64,000 bases of DNA from Trichoplax sp. H2. Lineage: Eukaryota. The position numbers and the translations under genes were made by a program. The stretch's first letter is position 1. The number at the start of each line of letters is the position of its first letter. The DNA lies in assembly GCA_003344405.1 (NCBI GenBank), contig NOWV01000235.1, positions 1-64,000 of the forward strand, written 5' to 3'. The notes under the pieces were generated by a model. The model was not told where the DNA came from. It worked only from the letters and a program-made list of their open reading frames with translations, and ran no database searches. This document shows, piece after piece, positions 42,701 through 55,344 of this stretch.

Positions 42701-45245
42701 ACCTAATTAATGGTTACAGTTTCTTCCCTTTTATTTGTATTAGTCTGAGATTACACTGGAAATTATTTGCTCTTCCGCACGACAGAAGATGTAAGCATAA
42801 TTTATTACTTATATTATTAATTGATAACTTTCAGGGTTATTGCCATTGATGCACTTTTAAGTAACTAATGATTGCTTAATAATTAGTTCTATTAAGCTCC
42901 ATCGCTTATTGATACTAAAAATATTCTCATCAATTTACTAGTTGTACTGGAGATGACTATTTTTATTTGACAATAACTCTTTTACAGTATGAAGCACTTG
43001 AAAAGAATGACATTTCTTTACAAATTCGAATGGAGAAGTTTGCATATTTGATTTACAAATCGTTATTATCATGCTATGCATTTGTTTATCAACTTCTTTA
43101 TTGAGTTATCAATATCCTTATTTGTCAAGAGGACTATAGTTAAGAACGACAATTTTGTTACTTTCAAGCTCTACATGATTGAAAGATATGACGCATATTT
43201 TTAAGCTTATTGACTCGTAATTGAAGTACAAGTGTATTATTTCATTATTTGGTTGTTTACTCTCTTGAGGGCAAGCATAATTATTGCACTAAAATTGTAG
43301 CTAACATCCTTGGACTTACCCGTATCATGACAGAGTTCATTATCATAAAATGAACGAATTGAAGAGAAAAACAAACATGTCATAGAATTTATTTGCTTTT
43401 GTTTAGTGTTGATACGGCAAAAATACACGTTATGTATAATATGAAAACAATGAATTTGATATTATATTAAATTAGTAGCATATTGAATGAAATGATGACA
43501 GTTATTTGGCAATGTTAATATTGATAGAAGCAGCGCTGAGATGTTAGATGATAATTTTCAGTTTAGTCGATGTGATAAGAATCGGATAGAAACAGAAGGA
43601 AGTTGTTGCACAAAGTCTCTAATGATTTCGAGGAATGATGGCCACTGGATGATAACATAGGCGTAATGAGCATGTACATGTTTATTATTGTCAGTAAATA
43701 ATCCATAAGACATTGTCAATACTGCAATAGGAAATGATAGATTATTTCTATGAATTTTTATCAAGTATCGGTATTATGAGAGGGTGAAGGGTGATTCTAT
43801 TTCTCTATTTTCTTAGTTTTATCGAAAACAGATGATATTGAATAAATGGTTACTAGTGAGTTACAGGTTAAAAATATTGAGCTGATTGTGAGGTATCAGA
43901 AGTGATCAATATCAATCTCGGATGTAACAGGTTATCACTTTTGTGTTAGATTTTGCCATTATATAAATATATACCTGTATTTTAAAGTTGAAAAGCACTG
44001 CGTTCTAAGTATACGCGAAAAAATATAATCCTTCTCAAAATATTCGAAATTTCCTAAGATTTGATCTAGCTAAGATTGATGAACGGTTGCTACAATTTGA
44101 CATTTGTAACAAGGAAATAAATACTATGAAAAAGCATCAGCAGACACTAAGGCATCATTGAAGAAATATCCACTCCTACACCTAAAAATTTATTTTTCCC
44201 TTCCGTGTTGCAATGCAATTTAGGGTGGATCATAGCAATTGCTATTTATACAAATGATATACATGCAAGTATATCTGTAACAATGTACACGTCCACGATA
44301 ATCTAGTGTTTATTTTATAATAGATGAGGTCAAATAGTGTACATTATTTCGCCATTGGATTGCTTTTTTTCAACAGACGTTCTGTACTATTGTCAATAGC
44401 GATTACAACAGGAACATTGACATTACAAGCTTAAAACTCCTTCTACGGCATGTTGCTTTAGCCATATCATGACATAGATCAGAATTTGACAAATTTAAAA
44501 AAAATTCGCCAATTGTTTGAAATCCGCATCGATTTCTGCCAGCATCGTGACAGAATCATTACCCAAAACTATTCTGAGTCGCAATTTGCCAAGAAGAAAT
44601 CGGAACCTGTCCATCCAATTAATTGCACTGTTTTTCTTTTAGCTACTACTACTACCATTACAGTCACAATCTATCTTATATAGGCAACATTTATAAACCA
44701 TTGATTTGATTTGTTAAGGCAGACTATTTATAACCTAATGTTCGTCATGGATGTAATTGTACGAGTTCTAAATAGACGGTATATTTATTCCTATCATCAA
44801 CAAAATAAATGACTTCTTTAATGCTGTAACCTGTATAGCGCAAACTAAGGTCGATAAACTGTGGAAGACTAGTCTTGTAAAGTAAACTACCAGACTTCAT
44901 TTTACTCTCTACTTGTAAATAAAACGATGCTCAAAGTGTTTGTAGGTAAGCTCTAGTTCTAATTAATAGATTACATAGATCGCATCGACTTTAACATTAG
45001 TTAGACAGGCAGTGATTGACAAGTCCATCCAGGTGTAATATCGATTTGTTCTCACAGAGCGATAAATAACACAAAGTGTTTAAGAAAAGTGATTGCAAAG
45101 TACATACAGTACAAGGCTTCCTTTGTTGACAGCTACCATTTTGAGAAAACAATCGCTATTCCTTAATTAGATTGATTAATTAGCTAGAGAACATCGCGCC
45201 ACTGTTGTACTGATACAGTACGGTACAGTACGGCCATTGAGTGCG

Positions 45246-45280
45246 GTAACGGTACGGTACAACTGGTACCGTACCGTTAC
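45246..45280. repeat. Perfect 15-bp inverted repeat (hairpin/cruciform)
   Basis: GTAACGGTACGGTAC-aactg-GTACCGTACCGTTAC. Confidence 0.92.
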
Positions 45281-45371
45281 GATCAATGATGCCCCACGGG
45301 ATCTTGACGGTCTAGTTCGGACCGTTACGATCAATGATGTCCCACGAGATCTTGACGGTCTAGTTCGGACC
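45273..45371. repeat. 48-bp tandem duplication
   Basis: ACCGTTACGATCAATGATG(C/T)CCCACG(G/A)GATCTTGACGGTCTAGTTCGG at 45273 and 45321, two mismatches. Confidence 0.92.
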
Positions 45372-45404
45372 CACCGTCAATGATTAGCTTGTAAGAGTGG
45401 CTGT

Positions 45405-47040
45405 GATAGATTGAAGTATTTGCTATTAGTAATTATTGATAATTTGAATTATTCGTAATTCAATTGCGATATCGGCTAAATTAGCAGTTAACACAGTCAA
45501 AGTGTCGCACAGTGATAAATATCACAAGTTAGTATTAGCTATAAATTAAAGTAATTGCTATTGCTAATTAATGATAATTTGATTTGGATATCCATTAAAG
45601 TAGGAATTGATAAACGAAGTAGGATAACTGCAGTGCCGTGCAATGACATATCACTAGCATATTTGCACCTGTAATAATTAACTTTTAACAGCGCATGCCA
45701 TAAAATAAAGTAATTGCTATTTTTAATTATTTGTAATTCAATTTCGATATCAGCTAAATTAGCAATTTAATTAAGAAGGTATAACAGTCAAAATGTCTGT
45801 CGCACGGTGATATACATCATAAGTTAGTATTTGCGATAAATTAAAATAGTTCCTGTTGCTATTTATTAGTGATTTGAATTGGATATCCACTAAAGTAGAA
45901 GTTAATAAATCAAGTAGGATAACTGCAGTGCCGTAAAGCGACTTATCACTAGCATATTTGCATCGATAATAAATAACTATTAGCAGTGCATACGATAAAT
46001 TAAAGAATTTACTATTTCTAATTATTCGTAATTTAAATTCGATAACAAATAAATTAGGAGTTAAGAAGAAATGTATGACAATCAAAGTGTCACACATTAA
46101 TATATATCACAAGTTATTGTTCAAGATAAATTGAAGTATTAAGCATTACCATTTTTATATCGAATTTGAATTTGATATTGCCTAATTAGGAGTCAATAAG
46201 CAAAGTAGGATAACTGCAATGCTATACAGCGACAAATCACAATCATTTTTGGATATGTAATAGTTGACTTTCATAAGTTTTTAGAGTATACGTATATCAT
46301 GCATTGAAAAATATTTACTATTTCGAATTATTCGTAACTTAAATTCAATATCGGCTGAATCAGGACTTAGTAATTAATTTATGACAGTCAAAGTGCCATA
46401 CAGTAATACGCATCACAAGTTAGTACTTACGATGATATAAAGTATTTGCTATTTCTTGAATTGATCTGAATGTGATATCGACTAAAGTAGGCGTTAATAA
46501 GCAAAGTATGATCGTCAATGTGCCTTAAGTGATACTAGTGCAAACTCCCGTCGCTTTGCTGACGGTTTACGATAATGTGCTCATTTAACAGATAGTATTA
46601 CCATTTGATAGACCTGTCAGAGGTTCAATAACTTTATACCGTGTATTATTCGTAATTTCAACTCGACATCGACTAAATTAGTAATTTAATACGTATGCTA
46701 GGATAGAAGCATAGTACGGTGACATATCCCAAGTTACATCAAATCTACATGCTCTTTAACTTTTAAGAATAAATACGGTAAATTATTAAAGTATTTGCTC
46801 GTTCTAATTATTTCGCAATTTGAATTGCACATTAACTAAATTGGAGTTAATAAGCAAAGTAGGTGTACTTTATTAAGTTGTACAGTTCTACACGCCACAC
46901 TATCACTGTATTCTCTGAAACATAAGTGGTGTAATTAGCTGAAATCATTAACATAAGACAGCCGACATGTAGCTTTGTGATATATCATGAGTTACAGCAT
47001 ATTTGCATCGACAACTAATAACTTTCAATAGCTGGATTGA
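45405..47040. repeat. Degenerate tandem array, ~295-bp unit, about 5 copies, with two related sub-units per unit
   Basis: Anchor AAGTAGGATAACTGCAGTGCC and variants near 45619, 45914, 46205, 46505 and 46859; ACAGTCAAAGTGTCGCAC..ATCACAAGTTAGTA recurs with the same period. Confidence 0.8.
46535..46568 (-). mobile_element. Possible Helitron-like 3' terminus
   Basis: The minus strand reads CCGTCAGC-AAA-GCGACGG (GC-rich hairpin with one bulge), 10 nt, then CTAG followed by T. It begins a ~90-bp segment that departs from the surrounding tandem array. Confidence 0.3.
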
Positions 47041-50000
47041 GCTGATTACACTTAGTGCAAAACATTATGAAGTATTTTTGTTTAGCTTATTAGTGTGGAA
47101 ATTGTTACCATTTATGAGCGTACAGCACTAAAACGACGTAATTTACATCATTCTGAGCATAAATTACTCATGAATGCTGTATATAACGATATATGAAATT
47201 GCATCAAGGCACTTGAGCGACTAGACTGTAAATATGCAACAATAGAACAAATATCAGTGCAGTAATCTATGGAACTTGTGATATAATCTTAATATTCAAA
47301 GATTTATCCTAACTGTACGCATGTATAGTGCAATATTCAGTTTTATAAGAGTAAAAAATTAATCATCTATGGCATTTGCATTTATAAGTATCTCGTAGAA
47401 AAAAAAATATGATAAGGTAAGCGCAAGGAATATCACACGCAACAAAACTTTAAACTCTAATAATACAGTCAGAAGAAATAGCTTCGGGATAGTTTTCTAT
47501 ATTTTTGATAACAATTACAATCAGAATTCAGCGCGGATAAAGAGATATGAACTTAATTTTATTGATAATTATAATTAATTGAGTAAACGATGCTATAATC
47601 CATAATAGTATTTAATTTCAAGATTGTGGGATTGGATTTGGAACTTAAATCTGTTATGATTCTGTTTCTTGTTTCGTTGAAGTGTGGACGTTGTACCCCC
47701 AAATTAATAACAAATGTTCTCGCTACTTAAAAATTTTACTTCATTTTATTTAACGAATTTCTTAATTTTGAGATATCTATCAGCCTACTGTTGCAAACTA
47801 AGTCTTTTCTTAAACACCTTACCAAATTTAGATTATCTCATATACATGCAAGGTTGATATATTTGGACTATGGATCAAAAACAGCATTATACTCTTACTT
47901 ATCTTGCATAAAAAGGCATTTTAGCTTCGTGACAAATTGCGATAGATAAGGTGTAATTTATATTCGAATGCATAACATGTTACCATATCGTGATCGCTAC
48001 AAAATCAGTATAATGGGATTTTTTGCGTTACGTAACTATTAACTTATATGTGAATAGAATGAAAAACGGACACAATCTGCATGAACTGTTAAATTTTCAG
48101 CGGAAATTTAATGTTAGATCATATTCAAATTGTAGATAGGCTTAAAGAGTAATTGATAAAAAGTACTCTAAAATTGATATAGATTGAATTTTGAATTAAA
48201 AATGAAACTCATTAAACGATATAATGCCTGGAAATTGCAATATATTGTTTCAGTTCACCGGCAATTATTGGCTAAGTAGTTTGAAAAATGAGTAAAACTT
48301 TTAACTGCAGAGTAAAGCAAATCTGACGTAGTGATATGGCAAGTTGCAATTAGAAACAAAGACGACTGATTCGGAATAAGAACTAAAAAATACAAGCTAG
48401 TATAATTTTAAGTAGGAGAAAGATTAAAAAAGTTAAAGTAATTTATTGGCAAACTTGATAAGATAGTTAATACCGCTGTCTCCTGAAAACTACACATACT
48501 TCTAGAACATGAAGCAAATCTCGCTTGCTGATACGAAAGAAGCTATAACTAGAGTTACAGGGGATTCATTCAAAATAAGTACAAAGAAACCCAAGCTGGT
48601 CTAAATGTTAGGGTGAAGGATGCTAAAATATAGTAATTTGTTTGCAAACATGACTAGATACTGGCATTTAGTTTGACTATCTCCTGGAAATTACTTCATA
48701 TTTAAGCGTTGTTTGGCAGTGAATAGTTAATTGCTCTCAAACAGTTTTCAAATTAAAAGGCGGTTTTCTCCACTATTGCAATTACGATCTTAGTTAGAAT
48801 CTCGTGCTTGAAATTTTATTATGACATTAAAATACGATTGCGCATAGGAGATCTTCGTAAGCTTATAACTTATCGAGGACTGTGTTGATCTTGATCTATC
48901 TCTGACGTTTTTCATACTTTTAATAGATAACCGCAAAGCAATATAATAGTATCTATGGACTAATAATTAATATTTCTGTAGATCAATTACAGATTACCTG
49001 ATACTTTGATTAACTTTGGGTTTGGTTTTATCTAAAAAAAAACTGTGATAGTGTTATAAACTGTATTAGAGTAGAAATATCTATCTTAGGATAATCCTGT
49101 TAGCCTATCCTTATTTAGTTAACTTCTAATTTGGATATACTGTATATAACATGATCCTTGACTGGTATTATTACTGTTTTACTCGTAGATGGATAGCACT
49201 ATATTTAGCATGTAGATAATCAGTTATCAGTTAAGCCATCCTGACTTATGTCCGTAGAAGCTTCCACATAATCACTGATTTTTTCAAATTATTAATTATG
49301 TAGTCATCCTTAGTAGAATTCTACTCGTAGAAGTACGACCATACTTTCACTTTTGTACAATAATGGGCAATTAAAAAGGACACAACGCGATCAGATATGA
49401 TGCAGTCATCTGCATTTTGTGGGAAAATTTCGGTAAAAACTTTTTACATTTTTATTTTTACGAATGTAATCCCTTAAACAATTACGCCGTAATTACAGTA
49501 CAACTGAATCATTGCCTTATAGGTAGTGTTTACAAAAAAATAACTAAAGCAATATATGGACATCAAATTATATTTCAAACCATCTTTTAAAATTAGCACA
49601 TAGTGCCCTGATGACGTAAGGTAACTATGTAATGTTGCTATTCTTGCCCGTTTTCCTAATGTAAACGACGAAGGGCTTTAAGATTATAAAGTAGCAATAC
49701 TAGTAATAGTGCACTTACCTATTGAAACCTCTATTTTATCAAGTCCTATTCATTTTTTACGAATATTAATACTGATATTCTTAAATCAAGGAATCACTAC
49801 TGATATGATGATGAAATTATAATTTTATTTTAAATACGATCAATTATAAAGAATTTAATAAATTTTTAGGGTTTGATTTTACTCTTCTACGTGATACACT
49901 AGCTATAATTGTCAATTAATACTTCTTAAATGGTAAAAATGATTTCATAATCGGCCAATTTCATTTTGTTCAATTTTTTGGATAATTATACTTGAAATTG

Positions 50001-52544
50001 AAAATTTATAATCATTATGAGTTAATCAAATGAAAAGAAATTAATTGAGCTAGAAATAAGGAACTATTCGTTTCGTAATTTCTGATTCCTAAGGCAATAG
50101 CTTCCATTTCTTTTGATATTGCATAGCAAATTCTTGACTTACATATGATGTTGAAGTTATGAAGAGAAAAAATTTCCGTTCTTTTGTTTCGTAAATTTAT
50201 TTATAGATTGACAGTATTGAAGCAATTTGGTAACAAAATTTTAATTTGGTAACATCACAAGATCTTAGTAATTCGCTTTTCTTTTAATTAGTTATAGCCT
50301 TAATATGAAATATCATGAATCATATAATTTCTAAAACTTTACTGATAAACAAATCAAGTTTGTTGATTTATTATCGTATTGAAAATAAAGAGCAGGGTGT
50401 GAGAATATCGTTGCATAACCAAATTATAATTTGATCTTGTTTGTTCCTGTATAAATCTACAGCTGTCCTTTTAGTTATTAATTACAGCGGTTCTAGCATT
50501 ATCTTTATAGAAGCCAGCCTGATAAGGTCATCACCTTAGAAAACAATCTAAGTTGGCTTATGCATACTCTTTGTACTCTATAGTCGTCCATCAAATCAAA
50601 ATATTCCCACTTTGACTAAGTTAAACTGTACATTGTACGTTCTGTACTTGAAGGTATTAGGGCCTTCTGGTAATGGGACTGTATAATTATAATTTGAATG
50701 CTTATAATCTGACTTTTCGCATTGAATCGCTAAGATGTTATTTGGATCATTTGAACAATATCGAAACAATTCTAGTTTTTTATGATAACAAATTTCAAGT
50801 TTGTTACTTCTTAAGAATATATTGTAATGATGTTTTCTTCCGTAAATGAACGGCTATATTTAGCTTAGCAAAAACAAGATGCCAATTTTTCTATATTTAC
50901 TGGGATTCACGTGCAGATTAAGATTATGAGAACAAATTTGTTGCCCTTTTCTTTAAAATTATTATGACCATACAGTAATTCTATTCTACTAAGGAATTAA
51001 AGCATTTATCAATTATGCATACTATAATAAAGGTCAAATAGTAAATAAATATTTTAAGAATGGTTCCAATTGGAATCGAACAGACATCATAGAGCCAATT
51101 TTACGTACGAATAATAGTGTTCCACAAACTACATTTTATTTGCAATCATAATCGTCATTATATTTCTTTCATGGTTATTTACATTATAATGATATTCATG
51201 TACTTGAATTATATATTACGATAGAGAATTTTTAGCTATTTGCAACTATCCTTAATATATCCTAGGGCTGGGGAATACTAAATTTAAACTTCTTGACAGA
51301 AAAATATTTCTAATTATCGTTAGGACGCTCGTCCTCGATTACGGTAGATCAGGTCGTATATATTAATCTAACTATATACTAAATGCAACTCCGAAATGAC
51401 AATATAATAAACAATCTTCTCGACAGAGAAACGCTTGAATCAGGATAGTTCTATCAAATTTAAAGCATTTCATAAGGTATATCGTCATAAAAGTTGACTA
51501 TCATTGCCAAGAGTGCTTAAAAAGTGACTAATTTCTTATAGTGTCGTTAACTATTGTTATAATGTTATATAAGTACTATTTATCGATGGTTGTACGGTTA
51601 ATGAATAATTATTCTGTTCTTTTTATTTATAATATATAATAAATTATCTGATAAATAGTTCTTCTATTCCATTAGAAAACAATCATCTACTCAATAGTAT
51701 TTAATGAAGAAGCCAATCTGAAATTAGATATGCTGCCATTTTATTTCAAATTTAATATCACTTAGCTATACCAGTAGCCACGAAGATTAATGTGGAAACA
51801 CTATCATTGAAGTTTAGATTGCTTTACCTACTGGTATTCAGTATATTTTGACCAATTCTTAATAAATAACAAATTAATAAGACAATATAGATAACTTTGT
51901 CCACCTGGTTGACAGATTCGATGTATTCTAGTATTCAAGTACATTATACTATGTGTAGCATCGTGGATTACGTTACATGTCACAGTATAATGATAATATA
52001 ATGAATTATTTATTTAATATGCCTTATTAGAGATCATCTTATTTCACGATCTAGCCACTTGACTCTGCGGAAATCGCTAAAGCAATAGATTATGATACTT
52101 AAATACGTTTAGTTTCAAAGACATTCAATTATGGTTGATGCAAGCTATAGCTAGTATCGCTATTTCTTTAATAATGAGATAATGCATTCAGTAGCATTTC
52201 TACATGCTCATAAATTCGTTATAACAATGTTAGACCATGAAGTGAACGATGTGATCGAATTGCAAATCCGGCAAATAAAAGTAGTAACAAATTCTGAATA
52301 AATTCAGGGAAATTTTATTATTTAAGGTATTGTTTGGGACATTGTTGTTTTATTTCTGATTGGCCAATTAAATTATATTGACAAGTAAATCAGCTACAGT
52401 CATGAATTTACGAAAATAATGCAATATATAGGGCAAAAATTTGATGACAAGGAGATGATTATCCTCATTCAGTAAATGCCTATTTTATAATGGATATTAT
52501 TCAATAAGTCATACTAAATCAGAAAAATTTCTACTTACCGATTC

Positions 52545-52645
52545 TACCTTCTAATTTATTAAAAGTTTTTTATTGAATGCCGATACTAGTGCTGGTACCT
52601 TCTAATTTGTCAAATTTTTGTTATGGATGCGAATACGAGTGTTGG
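52545..52645. repeat. 51-bp imperfect tandem duplication
   Basis: TACCTTCTAATTT..ATGC..ATAC.AGTG.TGG at 52545 and 52596. Confidence 0.75.
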
Positions 52646-55344
52646 TGAAGAGTAATAAGTAATATCCTGAGTTTGATTTACCATAAACGCGATAACTACC
52701 CTTCTCTAAGATTAATCGCTGTTACTGGAACTAAAACTGAATTTCTATTAACGTGCGAGAGTGTAAATAATAATATTAGAAAAGATATGATACGGCGCCA
52801 TTGTATGGATTTACTAGAAATACATAGTTGCATCCTCTATACAGAATTGACTAATAATATAATATGTTATTGATAAAGGTGGACCATAATTGTAATTTTT
52901 TTCTGTTTAGTAATGAATCGGACAATAGAAATTGCTAAGCAGTCATTTAAATTTTATTTCGCGCTAATTGCCATCATTTATTTACTGAAGTCAGCTTCGT
53001 TACAGTACTGAGCTTAGATTTAATTTCATCGATCATATTATCCGACCGTCAGGATATATTGTGGTTGTAATCGTAACAAATAGCTTATGACCGTACTCGT
53101 ACTATGCGTTCTAGGTTTGACATCTGATGTGGTCTTTCCTATTTTTAGCATCTTATATTATCGGTAAATTTATTTCTTATAGAATGAATCTATAAACTAA
53201 CTATATAAGAGGATTATATTTCTGTGACGATATCATTTTTAATATGGTCTGTTTACGGCTCACTATGTGCCTCTTACTGTCATAAATAATTCTTCCCATT
53301 TTGGAGAGTGGTTATATTCGGTGATGAACTCGAGTATCAATTTAATTGCCCTATCAGTAGTAGCAATATCTGCTCTAGATGTATATTGTCCATTTTCTAA
53401 TTACCATCAAATTGATATTTGTACAAATGATTCCTGTCGTCATTTTTAATTTCTAATTGGAGTATTGAACAGGATGTTATCTTTGATTAAAGTATTCTTC
53501 TATTACCGCAACGACTAGATGGGTAGTCCACAACACTGACGTTTCGCATATAAGAATAAGAAAGATGTAAAATTATTATTATCTTGCAAATCGAAGTGGA
53601 ATAAAAAAGTACTTCACCATTTTTGATAAATATGCTAAAAGGAAGGATATTGAAGAAAACTTGAATCGGGTAAGAGAGAATAATACGGTGATTATTTATT
53701 AAACTATCTTATGGGCGGTTTAAATCATGTTATTCTATGATCAAGTATTATACCCTGGTTGGTATGTTTGCTTTAATCCTAAAAGTAAATAAACAAGGTC
53801 GTTATTCTCGTGATGCATTACAGTTTTTTCAGCCGACTCTACATAAAACGTGACTAGGATCATTTATTGGAGTTAATATATTCGGAAAGGTATTTGACTT
53901 GAGGGCAAACGATTTAGGCACTGAAATAGAGAAAAAATAATTGAAAACAAAAGTTGTAACTATGAAACTAATAATATTAAAGTGCAAGCGATATTATGTT
54001 GCTACGTACTGAATATCCGTCATATTACTTATTGCCTTTAGAATAACTGATTAATTTGCTTTATATTCAAGACATATTTTATATGAATAAATGACAGATA
54101 ATAAGGTAACTAACAGTAGATTACATTCAATTATTGTTCAATTGTCAGTACCGCCGGATAGATAGCGTCTACGTCATCATCAACGTGATGTAGTTATCAA
54201 TTAAAGTAAGGTATTTTTTTTATTCCATTGATGATATGGAACTAAACTAGAAAGAATGACATTGATTAGTAACTATCATCACGAGTAATTTCAATTAATA
54301 TTTTCTTACTTCTGGTAAATGATCAATTTTTATTATATTTTTAAAACAATTTATTTTTCTTCTGTTGAATTAATATTTAAAACTTGAAGTTTTATTAAGA
54401 TTAAGCGACTTGATAAAATTATTTTTTTGTCATGATATATTGTGTATTGTATTGATGATTAAATGAACCTAGCGATAGGGGTTATGTTGTAGTTAAATAT
54501 ATTAATAAATTAATTAATTGCAAGAAAATTGAGTGTGCACGTATTATTTTTGTTGTTCCGACCTGGTGACTAATCGTATTTTTTAAATCATGTATAGAAT
54601 TTTCATGAAGGCTGGTTTAAGATAAATTACCTATCTTATTGGATCAGTAATTAATTAAGCATTTGATAGTCCATCTAGTGGTCTTATGGCTAGCTATCTA
54701 ATTTAAATGGTAAGAAAAATAAGAGCAGCGATTGAATTGACATTGTCCATTTTTCTATTTTAATAGTAAGTATAGGATATTGATTTTATTGGTTGTAGTC
54801 GAGACTTAATAATATTATATTGTCTGCTTATGTTGATGTCAATGAATAGTTACAGTATCCTATTTCTATCTTGGTGAAGGGTATTCGCTAGCCCATTTGC
54901 ATATTTCGATATTTTGGTATACTGAATATTCATTCAATTCAATTCAATAACAATTATTGAATGCTTTGTTCATACCTGCAGGGCTGCAAAGCTGACAGTA
55001 TTTAAAGACCTGTCTGCTAAATCGTATTTACATTATTGGATTGAAGAACGATTTGAAGCATATACATGGGAGACATAGAGTATTTCTATCTCTAGCACTT
55101 TGACTGTTAATAACTTGTTGTTGATTACTAGTAGGAGTCAGGCTTCGACGACTTTATTTTATTTTTTTTTTATCTTAATCGTTTGCTAAGTCTAAAATTG
55201 TGTTGTAATTGTTACTACCAGTCCTCGCTGCGGGACTTATTTCCTACTTGCATGCTTTTTTTATTTTACTTTGGCAGTAAAAATCTTCATTTATTTGATT
55301 AGTTAGGATACATTTTTGATAAAGTTGTTAGATTGTGAAGTACG

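Noticed and set aside
45771..46097. 108-aa minus-strand ORF
   Set aside because: Lies within the degenerate tandem array; the frame is not kept in the other units.
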